Program-made: the position numbers and the translations under genes
Notes under the pieces: model-generated
Seen by the model: only the letters and a program-made list of their open reading frames with translations
Databases searched by the model: none
Told to the model about the DNA's origin: nothing
Origin: Phoronis australis
Lineage: Eukaryota; Animalia; Phoronida
Direction: 5' to 3'
Assembly: GCA_002633005.1 (NCBI GenBank)
Contig: NMRA01000033.1
Span: 463,346-527,345, forward strand
DNA: 64,000 nt
Shown: positions 33,201 through 44,444 of the stretch, piece after piece
Numbering within the stretch: the first letter of the stretch is position 1
Layout of the letters: every line of letters starts with the position of its first letter

Positions 33201-36200
33201 GTTCTACATACCCATCACAACAGCTAATGAATAAGAGTTGTCCATGCTCATTACTGGATCCTATGGCTAGTTAAACACGAAAAATTACTTAAGCCCCACC
33301 TCAAACCAATTACCAGGCCCCTGTATCAGGATCACGATGGAGGCACACACTTTCATAGCATTGAGGTTACCCATAGCCACTGGATGAAAATACCATTTCA
33401 ATTACAAGAACTAATTCATTTACAGTTAAGTAACAGGGGCTGCTTCTTGGAACGTCTTGGACCTTTGCCAAGACCGAAACTGTTCTAACTTAAGACAGAC
33501 AAATCTGTCTTACAGTAGTCCAGTTTCATGAAATTTATTGAGACCAAAATTAGGGCTGAAACATTGTCTGCTACAGAATAGGATAAAGATCAACTTTTTG
33601 GTAAAAAGGTACCACTGTCATCAGTGTAACCTGCTGATCTTTTTCACTGTTTTACAATGCAGTGGCCCCAAGCAATGTTAAATTGTGTATTGTCTGCTTT
33701 CAATCCTTACATTGGTAAAGTGTTGACACATCGCAGAATGAGTTACCACAATTCTGATGTCACATTTTTAGCTACACCAGTACCTCATCATGTAAATGAG
33801 GTCACATGCACTTATAGCTATGAGACATGCCAATTTAGAGTTAGTAGAGAATTTTTAAAACTGGATTTCACGCATTGCCTTGCCTTCTAGTAGCTTTGTG
33901 AATCTGCAACAGGTGGCAGTTAGTATGGTCAACAATGGCGAAAATTAACTTAACGGCACCACTGTGTGCTTACACTAATCTCTTGACTACACTAAATGCC
34001 CCACTGTGTACTTAAACCCACCTCTCAACTTCACCGAATGTACTACTGTGTACTTACACACATCTCTCAGCTACACTGAATGTACGACTGTGTACTTAAA
34101 CCCACCTCTCAACTTCACCGAATGTACTACTGTGTACTTACACACATCTCTCAGCTNNNNNNNNNNNNNNNNNNNNNNNNNNNNNNNNNNNNNNNNNNNN
34201 NNNNNNNNNNNNNNNNNNNNNNNNNNNNNNNNNNNNNNNNNNNNNNNNNNNNNNNNNNNNNNNNNNNNNNNNNNNNNNNNNNNNNNNNNNNNNNNNNNNN
34301 NNNNNNNNNNNNNNNNNNNNNNNNNNNNNNNNNNNNNNNNNNNNNNNNNNNNNNNNNNNNNNNNNNNNNNNNNNNNNNNNNNNNNNNNNNNNNNNNNNNN
34401 NNNNNNNNNNNNNNNNNNNNNNNNNNNNNNNNNNNNNNNNNNNNNNNNNNNNNNNNNNNNNNNNNNNNNNNNNNNNNNNNNNNNNNNNNNNNNNNNNNNN
34501 NNNNNNNNNNNNNNNNNNNNNNNNNNNNNNNNNNNNNNNNNNNTACCACTGTGTACTTACACACATCTCTCGGCTACACTGAATGTACCACTGTGTACTT
34601 ACACACATCTCTCAGCTACACTGAATGTACCACTGTGTACTTACACACATCTCTCAGCTACACTGAATGTACCACTGTGTACTTACACACATCTCTCGGC
34701 TACACTGAATATACCACTGTGTACTTACACACATCTCTCGGCTACACTGAATATACCACTGTGTACTTACACACATCTCTCAGCTACACTGAATGTACCA
34801 CTGTGTACTTACACACATCTCTCGGCTACACTGAATGCGCCAAGGCCTCCAGAAGAGAAAGCCGACCAGATAAATGGCAAACAGAGACGTCTTCAGGTAA
34901 GTGGTGAAGTAGGGCTTAGAGAACTCCATGTCTTTGAAGATGAACTGAAATGTTAGGTCAGTGCCAATCAGTACAAAAAACAATCAAATACCGTAAAATT
35001 TCACCATTACAGGACCAATACAGCAGATGTGTGAAATTGTGTTTAACATTTTTCCCTAAACTTTAAAGCTGAATTTTACCTAGTTTAGCTGGCTACAAAA
35101 AGAAAATCCAATTAAGAATTTTATTTTCATCAAGTCTGTTTCATAACACTCCTTAACGTGTGAGGATTTTCTTTCTGTTATCAGCTTGAGTCACAGGTAA
35201 AGTGTGCAAGTATCATTTTTGTTGGTAACAGATATAGAATTCTATAACTTTAAGGAATACTGAGACCGACTTTATGACAATCAACTTTCGATTTAGCCGG
35301 CTAAACAGAGCAAAAGTCAGCTTTAAATAGCACAAAATAAATGTTCAGTCATTTTCAAGTTTTATGCTATAACTATCATCTGACTAAACTTTGAGAAATT
35401 GTGGATATTCAGAACGAGGTTAAAACCACTTGAAAACTGAAAAAGGTCAATTTTGGCAATTATTTTTGCTCGAAACTGGAGATTTTGCTGCACCGTATAC
35501 TCAGCATATCCCCATAACACTATACCACTGTGCTGTTCATAGTACTTGGAAGATATTGCCCCGACAGCTTGTTGCCATCTAAAAGTATCAAGGGTGTATC
35601 AAGAATGCGAAGGACAGACCCTGTGGTAAACATTACTGTCACAAAAACGTAGCATACATGACCAGTGACAGGTTGTATTGTCCCTGAGATAACAAAGACA
35701 AAGCAAAGATTATGTTCAATTCCAAATATGACGTGTGCTTTCATACAGTATTATTTCATAGATGAAACATCAATCAAATGAAATTTGTCAAATCCAGCAT
35801 TATTACACGATTTGTAAATAAGATTAACAGTCAGTAAGAAAAAAGCTACAAACAAATGTCCGAGTTTGATGAATTGCCCTACTAAATGTGAAAACAGCTT
35901 CACATCCTGTACATAAAAACTGTCATCGCTAAAACTAATAACTGTGGTATCAGTGATAATCCATTTGTCTAGAATCGACACCAGAAACAAGTTGAATATT
36001 TTTTCGCAATACATAATATAGCCAATAGCTTAGCTGCAAAGACAACAAGAAAACCTATGTACTTAGGCAGAAAATTACAGTGCTTTACAGAATGAATTTT
36101 CATTATTGGTTACTTTTGCACTCTAAAACAAATTGCCCATCATATGACATTTACTGTAAAGATTTACGTTTAAAAATCCACACTAACTTACTTCTGTCAG

Positions 36201-36302
36201 CTCTGACGATGCGACCCATAATATATTGACGATAAACAAGACGGCGAGACCTAGAACCAGTCGTTTCGTACGAGACCAGCGTGATGTCTCTAGCCCAATC
36301 AT
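24244..36302 (-). CDS. SLC35F5: Solute carrier family 35 member F5-like transporter (DMT superfamily), 12 coding exons, ~463 aa
   Basis: Minus-strand exons: 36302-36192 [29 protein letters not shown]; 34944-34813 [44 protein letters not shown]; 32872-32834; 32544-32469 GEPMYVPIK; 31935-31876 [15 protein letters not shown]; 31348-31218 [20 protein letters not shown]; 29572-29400 [30 protein letters not shown]; 29171-28999; 26823-26664 [11 protein letters not shown]; 25994-25904 [19 protein letters not shown]; 25326-25163 NWDPV; 24325-24244 EQTETLI..*. All GT-AG with consistent phases; motifs match SLC35F5 as recalled. A small extra exon in 32900-34800 cannot be excluded. Confidence 0.95.
26937..28310 (-). 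mobile_element. 5'-truncated CR1/L2-group LINE (RT C-terminal region, frameshifted) in an SLC35F5 intron
   Basis: Minus-strand [38 protein letters not shown] and [49 protein letters not shown] followed by an A-tail ending near 26937. Confidence 0.85.
29678..29922 (-). repeat. Degenerate ~85-bp repeats derived from the 3' end and donor of SLC35F5 coding exon 6 (further copy 31130-31200)
   Basis: ctgatatacagactgctgctgagattttcaacacc and ttaatatacagaatactgacgagatcttcaactc align to the exon end ctaatatacagaatattgctgagatcttcaacacc (31217-31251). Confidence 0.7.
30967..31128. mobile_element. ~160-bp near-perfect hairpin (fold-back MITE)
   Basis: aggttata(ta)caacgtacgtgtttgtacc...tgcaaaagtatttgaac - loop - gttcaaatacttttgca...ggtacaaacacgtacgttgtataacct. 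Confidence 0.8.
31964..32167. repeat. 40-bp minisatellite, ~5 copies, next to the acceptor of SLC35F5 coding exon 5
   Basis: Unit aagcgtttgtccagctgacagtcagtacaatgacagatca, period 40. Confidence 0.95.
33957..34837. repeat. 42-bp minisatellite built from the SLC35F5 exon 2/intron 2 junction (spans an N gap)
   Basis: Unit taccactgtgtacttacacacatctctc(g/a)gctacactgaat(g/a). Seven units lie at 34544-34837, the last overlapping the exon; about five more diverged units lie at 33957-34156. Confidence 0.97.
35062..35327. mobile_element. TTAA-flanked MITE-like inverted repeat
   Basis: tttaaagctgaattttacctagtttagctggcta ... tagccggctaaacagagcaaaagtcagctttaaa. Confidence 0.55.
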
Positions 36303-38249
36303 AGTTGATCAAGAGTAATCAGCTGCAAGAGAAAAAGAAGACATGGATAATGATAAATCTTGCATCAAAAAGTCTCCGTAGTTCATTTCATTTGTGGACA
36401 TTTTACTGGCTAATCCTATCCAAGCATAAGAAACTCTGGGCACTCCTTGAGAGACAGCACTCCCTCATATCAGGATCGCCGACTAAAAGATCCTTTTGTG
36501 TAGAGCAGAGCCATTGACATTTTCTAAAAGCAGCGACGTGCTGGAACATGCCTTGTCGCTCGATGGCGATAGGGTAGTTGGTGACTGGCATTTTGTATTC
36601 ATGTATGGATTGCATGCAGAGGGATATTTCCCAGTTTTTTAATTTTAATTCCTTCCCACCATCATGCCATCAAATTGTCATTGTTCTGATTTTCAAATGA
36701 ACCACACAAAAATTTCCCAATATCTCGTAAATAAAAGAAATTGTGTCTTGTTCCTGTACACTCATCCTGTCTTGCACACAAGAATTAGAAATTGATTCAA
36801 GCCAAAAATGCTTTTATTAGCATTCTCAAATCGCTAGACACCTGTATGTGAACTGTTTCACATAACTGCAACTTTTAGAAATGTGGTATAATTGGGCCTA
36901 TGTGTCAGCACATTTGATATTGGACAAATGTAAGGTGGAAATTACTTAACTAAACAGCAACACGATATCAGCATTTGAATCCCCCACTATCATCCAACAA
37001 ACTCAGAAAGCCGGTGCTGTCTCTAATACTTTTTTCAAAATACAACTACACTAGTTAAAACCTAGTAATTTTATGTAAAGTGTTGATAACACGCCAAAAC
37101 ATATCGCTAAGACTACACCAAAAAAAAACACATTATTTAGAGAACAGTCTCATGGTTTCAAAAATGTTTATCATAACTGGAATGACTTGGTTGACAGCCG
37201 TTCATTCCACAGGGCTCATTGTAATGTTTAAAATGACTCCCAAGTTAAATTTAACACCCATATGTCAGATATTAATTTTTAATGTTAAACACAATGAGTT
37301 TACACTGTTGACATGCACCAATATTGTTAAATTGAAAATCCACCATTGCACAGTCTGGAGGCGTGAAAGCACTTAATTAATAAACTATATGGAGTTATGG
37401 CGCTGGTCTCAAGGTGATGCATAAATTAACTAAATATACCATTTCATAGGTAAAAAATCTTTCAAAACAAGTTTAGGCAAGCTTCAAAGCTTTAATATTC
37501 ATACAAGATATCCACATTATTCATTTTCCATGATAGAGATTTCAACCACGTTTTGAACTTTATCCTGATAAAGTATTATGTAATCAGTACACTAGGATCT
37601 CTCACCCTTACAATACCTGTAATAATGTGTGTCATGTGTGTGGTAATTGGTTCACAGCCTATACCAGCGTTATAGGATGAAATCTCAAAAACACCACGCC
37701 ATTTTGTTTTCATTTGATGCAACTTTTAAAAATCATTTAAGTCCTGTTATGTTAACCACTCATGCCAAAGCGGAACACCTTAAAAACAATTGTTACCATC
37801 ATTTTGGACAGCAGCACATAAAGTAGAGTATGTCAAACTTTCATATGGCAAGCCATTTCAGAGGTATGACATTCCAAAATTAGCCAAATTTGGACCTTGT
37901 TCTAGGGAACTAAATTTAACCTTAATCTAACCATTAACCTGAATGTCTTGATGAAACTTGCATGAATTCAACAAAAGCGAATGATTCATATTGATTGAAA
38001 GATAACTGAATGGCATTCAGTCTTCTAAGAAAAAGAACAGTGTATTTTGGTCTCTCACATTTGCTTCCATACCGTCATTCAGTGGTTGAATTCAAAACTA
38101 TTCCAGGACAACAAAACGAGACTAGAGTCCTTGACGACTGTTTGGTCGGTTTAGTATGCCTAGCTATAGTCACTGCATGTCATCTGCCAAAGAGTTGCAG
38201 TTTTCCCAGGAATTTCGACTGACCTGAGTGGGCTTGCAGGCTACTCTGG

Positions 38250-38845
38250 AGGTAGACGGTGACCAGCATCTCTAGCTAATAGAGACGGTGTTGCTTCTAT
38301 AGGAGCTTCATACGCCACAAGATTTTTGGCGAATTATGTCTCACATTGACTAAAACATCAAAGTCACGTTGTTATACCGTAAATACCTTTTGCACATAGA
38401 GGGACACCTTAGGAAGCCGTCGATGTATTTAATTCCTTCCAACTCGATGAAATACTCCTGTTCTCAAACTTTGTCTTCAAGCAGTCCCTCGTTCAGTTCC
38501 CAAAATCAGTAACTGGCCATTTTTACACTGCGCACACCAGGGGATGTGAAGTCATACCACCTGCCGCGTGCCACGTTAAAAATGGAGAGTTTCCGATTTT
38601 GGGAGCTGAACGAGGGACTGCATGAAGAAAGTTTGATAACGGACTAATATTTCTTCGAGTTGGAAAGAAGTAAATACAGCGGCCTCCTAAGGTGTCTCTC
38701 TCTATGCGCAAAAGGTATTTACAACAACGTGACTTTGACGTTTTAGTCAGTGGGAGGCAAAATTCGCTGAAAACAAAAGCTTCCAGCGTATGACGCCAGC
38801 ACAGACAATGGTCATTGTCTAGAGACAGTAGTCACAGTCTTCTTG
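38250..38845. mobile_element. ~600-bp fold-back (long-TIR) MITE
   Basis: Arms gactaaaacatcaaagtcacgttgtt..taaataccttttgc..gacaccttagga..ttccaactcga..gcagtccctcgttcag are the reverse complement of ctgaacgagggactgc..tcgagttggaa..tcctaaggtgtc..gcaaaaggtattta..aacaacgtgactttgacgttttagtc. Confidence 0.8.
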
Positions 38846-40018
38846 GGAAGGTCTATCAAGATGTAATAGAATTGTTTTGAATAATAACGCTCACTTTTTG
38901 TTCCGGGTAACTGATTTCCAAACAGGAAGTAATTGAATAATGCAACTACTCATTGTGAACCATGCAATCATTGAACATCGCCATGTAAAGAGCCCCATGA
39001 ATGATATCGTCCATTTCTGATTCACTTTCAATTTTACAGCAGAAACGATGACTCAAAATCACTGAATCGGGAACACTCAAGGTGACACTGTCACAATTAT
39101 CAACAGCCTTCTCAAGTACAAATGTTGCAGAGGTGTAGCCCAATGATCTTAGATTGAAATATAATGTTAAATTGCCTGTCTGTGATATAAAACTTAGTGT
39201 GCTACAAGANNNNNNNNNNNNNNNNNNNNNNNNNNNNNNNNNNNNNNNNNNNNNNNNNNNNNNNNNNNNNNNNNNNNNNNNNNNNNNNNNNNNNNNNNNN
39301 NNNNNNNNNNNNNNNNNNNNNNNNNNNNNNNNNNNNNNNNNNNNNNNNNNNNNNNNNNNNNNNNNNNNNNNNNNNNNNNNNNNNNNNNNNNNNNNNNNNN
39401 NNNNNNNNNNNNNNNNNNNNNNNNNNNNNNNNNNNNNNNNNNNNNNNNNNNNNNNNNNNNNNNNNNNNNNNNNNNNNNNNNNNNNNNNNNNNNNNNNNNN
39501 NNNNNNNNNNNNNNNNNNNNNNNNNNNNNNNNNNNNNNNNNNNNNNNNNNNNNNNNNNNNNNNNNNNNNNNNNNNNNNNNNNNNNNNNNNNNNNNNNNNN
39601 NNNNNNNNNNNNNNNNNNNNNNNNNNNNNNNNNNNNNNNNNNNNNNNNNNNNNNNNNNNNNNNNNNNNNNNNNNNNNNNNNNNNNNNNNNNNNNNNNNNN
39701 NNNNNNNNNNNNNNNNNNNNNNNNNNNNNNNNNNNNNNNNNNNNNNNNNNNNNNNNNNNNNNNNNNNNNNNNNNNNNNNNNNNNNNNNNNNNNNNNNNNN
39801 NNNNNNNNNNNNNNNNNNNNNNNNNNNNNNNNNNNNNNNNNNNNNNNNNNNNNNNNNNNNNNNNNNNNNNNNNNNNNNNNNNNNNNNNNNNNNNNNNNNN
39901 NNNNNNNNNNNNNNNNNNNNNNNNNNNNNNNNNNNNNNNNNNNNNNNNNNNNNNNNNNNNNNNNNNNNNNNNNNNNNNNNNNNNNNNNNNNNNNNNNNNN
40001 NNNNNNNNNNNNNNNNNN

Positions 40019-40590
40019 GGGATGAGGAAATAGGTTTTTCATTTGAGGGGAAATATGCAGTGTAGAAAGATGTTTTTTGAAGACGTGGCTAATTCCGTTT
40101 AAACATGGATTGAACATAGTTATGAAAGGTATTCTATTAGTAGTATTGCCTTTAGTTTTAGTTCTTAAAGATTCATTTCGAGTAATTGAGCGGACTTTGT
40201 CAAACTGTTTGTGTATAAGATGTAAGGGGAAATGACGTTGAATTAGATAGTACTTGAGTTCTTTTAAACGGTTATTAAAGGAAGTTTCTTCTGAACAAAT
40301 GCGTCGAATTCTTAGGGCAAGGCTATATGGAAGGCTTTTCTTGCAATGAAAGGGATGACACGAGTGATATGACAGATACTGGTGTTTGTCAGTTTCTTTA
40401 CAGAATAAGTCAGTTTCTAGTTTATCATTATTAAGAGTGACAGTTACATCTAAAAATGAGACTTTATTTTGAGAAATGTCATGAGTGAACTTTATAGTAG
40501 GGTGAAATTTGTTAATATTTTCTAAAAATACATCTAATTTTTGTGGACCATGGGTCCATATCATAAAAATGTCATCAATGTATCTTCCCC
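40019..40590 (-). mobile_element. Penelope-like retroelement reverse transcriptase fragment (5'-truncated; 3' part lost in gap)
   Basis: RYIDDIFMIW..FLENINKFHPTIKFT..VSFLDVTV..LETDLFCKETDKHQYLSYHSCHPFHCKKSLPYSLALRIRRICS is the PLE RT/thumb signature. The frame is open up to the gap. Confidence 0.92.
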
Positions 40591-43500
40591 TTCTCTGGCT
40601 AAAAAAACTCAAATTTCAGTTGATCCATTCTTGTTGTTTTATTTACCGATTTACATTTTTCATTATTAGAAAAGGCGGAGAGTTACGCAAGAAAATGACG
40701 TTTATTGCATTGTTTTTCACTTAAACGGCTGTAACGGGCAAGGTGAGTGTCGGTTAACGTTGATTCCCAGATTTTGCATGCACCCCCGGCGTCCGGTCTC
40801 AGTTTAGCTTTACATGTTGATACAAGTTTCACGGCGCGGTGACGAGCAGAACTACCCTGGCTGTGTGCAATTTCGGGGTCTACGGAAGAAATACACACAG
40901 TGGTACCTAGCTGTATTTTGACGACAGTCTTCATACAGCTAGCTGGCTGGCTAACTGTACTCGTGAGGCACAAGCAGCCACACCTCTGGCCCGCGAGCCG
41001 TCTTGTGATTGGTGTTCTCCGACTACTGAGCCGGCGCGCAGACGGTAAATATACTTGTTTTAGAAAAAAATCAGAAACAAAACTGGACTGGAGGAACTCA
41101 GTGCGGAGACAGTAATTTCATGTTGAAGAGGGTTATACCGATCACTAGATCATGAAGCTTAACGTTCAAAAATATCTGACCACTTGGTCTCATTAAGTTA
41201 AACCCTTCGAGACTAAGTCTTGCTTCAGTACCGTCGGGCGGCCCTCAGTTCATGGTTTTGAATCACGCGGCTCTCAACTTGAGGTCGCATAACGCGTGAA
41301 GTCCAGGCTCAAGTTAAAGTAAAAGTGCATGTGACTGCCCTTTCAGATGAAATTTTGCAGAAATACATCCACTGGCGAATCCACGGTCGGATATGTGGTC
41401 GTTGATTCATTGAAAATAGTAGTTCATATATAGACTTGATTTCCGACGTGTCACAAAACTGTGTGATCATCGAGCACTTTTAAAATCTCGATCATGTCTC
41501 TCATGATGATTTGTGATTACGAAAAGCGTTATTTCAAAAAAGTTACCCTTTTACCGTGAAGTTCTTTGCATATATACAGCATCTGCGCACGCGTTTATAG
41601 TAGCTCAGTCCATCTTTTTTCATTAATAAGTGGCGCAGACGGCTGCTGTTTTTACATATAAAAGTGTCACACTTGTATTAAAATGAGTGTTTCCTGATGC
41701 CTTTTGTCCAGACTTGGCACTTTTCGTAGAGTAGTTCCCCGACTTTGCATAATCCTTTTGTAGGACATTCTCGGCGATAAAAGTACTGAGATTTTACATA
41801 AATTATCAGTAGGGCGCATTCAAACCTAACAAACTCCGGTGTAGTATCTGAACGATCGGCCATTCTCGGTGCTGCCGTTGAGTCAAACTTCATCCCACGC
41901 GTTAGCGTTGGCGTTTTTAAATAGTAAAGACACGGGCCTTGATTTCAGAAAATATTTGGCTGACAACGACAAGAATTGGGGATTTGTAGTATTATCACAG
42001 CAACTCAGTGGGTTTTTTTAATCCTGGAAAAAATAAATGAAGATTTCTCGCAGTCTCAAAAATCAGGGATCATAGCCTGATATAAAAGACCATGATTTAG
42101 AGAAATGAAATCCTAGTTACATAAGGCTCCTAGTTTGCTGTATTTTTGCGTGTTTTCCGCAAAATTGTACTCGAGTGAACATAGCTAAATAATTCGTGAA
42201 TTTTTACATTCACGTGATGAATTTCAGTGAAAAATTCACAATTCAGTTTTATAATTGCGAACTACTTAGCACAATGTACTTACTTAAAAGGGCCACGATA
42301 TACTGCCAAAGATGAACACCGAAATATAGTATTTCAAGAACATCTTCAGCACAGCCAAAAAATGTGATGTTCGTTGATTGTGATACCTTATTTCCTTCCG
42401 AAACTAAACGTGTAAACTTTAGTAGGCGAGCAACATTTATGACATCGTTTCTGAAAGATTGTCCCGCCGTATGCGGGTAGTACCAGCAAAGAATGAACGT
42501 ACTGAGACCCATAATGTCTCGAGGGAGAAGGGGCAATGTTTTAGCAGTAATGTGCCTCATAGAAAGACACGTTACGCACTGATGGACTGAAGTTTTTGCT
42601 TCGAAATCAGGAAAAAGGACTTCCACGGAACAAACCCGTCGCTTACGCAATCGCAAACATACTCGTAAAGTAACATTGACGACAAGTCTTTGCATTCCAT
42701 GTGTTAGGATTATCGACATAGTCGGTTTATTTTTCGTAGTCTTGGTTACATTTAAATCTTAAGACTTAAAATCCCAGCCCCTCACTTATAAAACGCTTCG
42801 CTTCCAATGAACAACCATGACTGCTTGAAACCATATACAACAAACTTCACAGTAATATTGAAACCATGCTACAGTTATCTTATTTACGTCGAGTTCAGTT
42901 CGCCACGCATGTCGCCAAGTCTGTACGATAACACCAACACTGAACCCGTTAGGCAAAATTAAAATTTAATACTTTTACCTTTCTCGTCGCCGTGTGTGTC
43001 TTTAAGTGCACATAAAAGAGATACGACCACCAGTCAGTCAATAAAATTGGTGCTCGACAAGTACTCGAACGTCATCCCTTGCATTTTAGGATCAAAATAG
43101 AAAGATACTGTAGTTAAATCCAGTTTGCGTTGTTGCAAAATCGTCAGAATTTCAAAGTCTTGAGAGTATATGTCAGTCGAAATGAAATACGCGTACTGAA
43201 CACATTCAACAAAATACACGTAAACAAATTTCCACTAGTTAAAATTTTAATTCAAAGACAGACAACCACCGTGACTTTCCTTAATGACATTGGTAAAATC
43301 GACATCGGAGGAAAACTAGGATTTGGCTCTTTTTTCATTAAGATAATTGCGTTTTCAGGATTAAAAAGGATTCACCCACTAAGACCCAATTCAAAGTTTT
43401 ATATGCTTTTTAGAGATAAACTTGATTGGAAATGCGCGCTACTAGCACACTTACTTTGAAGTCTTTAGAACGCGGGAAAAAGTTTAAGTTCACGTAACAT

Positions 43501-44166
43501 ATCGTCATCAATACTCGACGTCACAGTCGCGTCTGTCGAAAAACCATCGAGACGGCTAAAAAGGCTGTCCCATTTTAACACCAATTTTTTCCATCTTTTG
43601 GTGAGTACCTGTTCTATTGTTCATTGCTTACAATCTTCAAGTAAGAATTTCGTCTTGCCAAATCAAAATGAGACCAAACAGTACATGATTAATGATGAAA
43701 TTTCCGAATTTCCTTTTGCTAAATACGCAAAGATTTCGCTCTAGCGTTACATACACGTGCCTGATCATAATTCCCGCCAAATATTCGTGAAATAAATTAC
43801 TTCTCAAAAACTGACACCTTTAATACTGTGAACTATTGCACTAAACTTAGTAATTCGCGCTCCAGTTGCAGGTCATTTGTCTGTGATATACACTGATCAC
43901 CTAGGATTGATGCTAGTCAGTACACCACACCAGCCCCGAATATCAAATAGGAGTGATGCGTTGGCTATGACAATACAGGGTTCATGACTTCATCGCGACC
44001 CTTTTGTCATGTGTAAAATGTTCCTTCCGTTCTTTTCGGTTCCACAAATCTAGATAAACTAACATCTTGTTTTTTTCAAGTTTCTAATGCAGACATTTGA
44101 CATTCTTATGGCCAAACTTTCACTTTCCCATAATAAACTCGCTTCTATGAAAACTTTGGAGACCAG

Positions 44167-44414
44167 GGGCCTGTTCCAAGAAAGTGACTTAAGTTCATTT
44201 TTGACTTAAGTTTAAGATTTGTCTTAAATTCCAAACCTTGAAACTCCCACATTCGGTAAGGTAGTCAAAATTAAGACAAAACCTATGTCACACACATAAG
44301 CCAAACTTAAGATCTCTTTCTTGAATTGCTTTTGAGACAAATTTAACTTGTGCTTTAAAATTTACTAAAATTTAAGATTTGTCTTAGCTAAGTCAGTTTT
44401 GTTAGAACGGGTCC
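44167..44414. mobile_element. PIF/Harbinger-type MITE with CAG target-site duplication
   Basis: cag|gggcctgttccaagaaagtgactta ... taagtcagttttgttagaacgggtcc|cag. Homologous to 1688-1922. Confidence 0.78.
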
Positions 44415-44444
44415 CAGTTCCTTATTTTATTCACAGGGACAGCA

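Noticed and set aside
33957-34837. CRISPR-like or repeat-protein reading of the 42-bp array (ORFs 34006-34956 and 34080-34907 on +)
   Set aside because: Units are head-to-tail with no unique spacers, the context is eukaryotic with no cas genes, and the plus-strand ORFs are antisense read-through of the repeat and N gap.
35520-36014. Possible very old LINE RT relic ([17 protein letters not shown], minus)
   Set aside because: Only loose resemblance with no catalytic motif; cannot be supported without a search.
42249-43459. ORFs of 156 aa (-) and 109 aa (+) between SLC35F5 and the TAX1BP1-like gene
   Set aside because: No recognisable domain or splice-consistent partner exons; likely chance ORFs.
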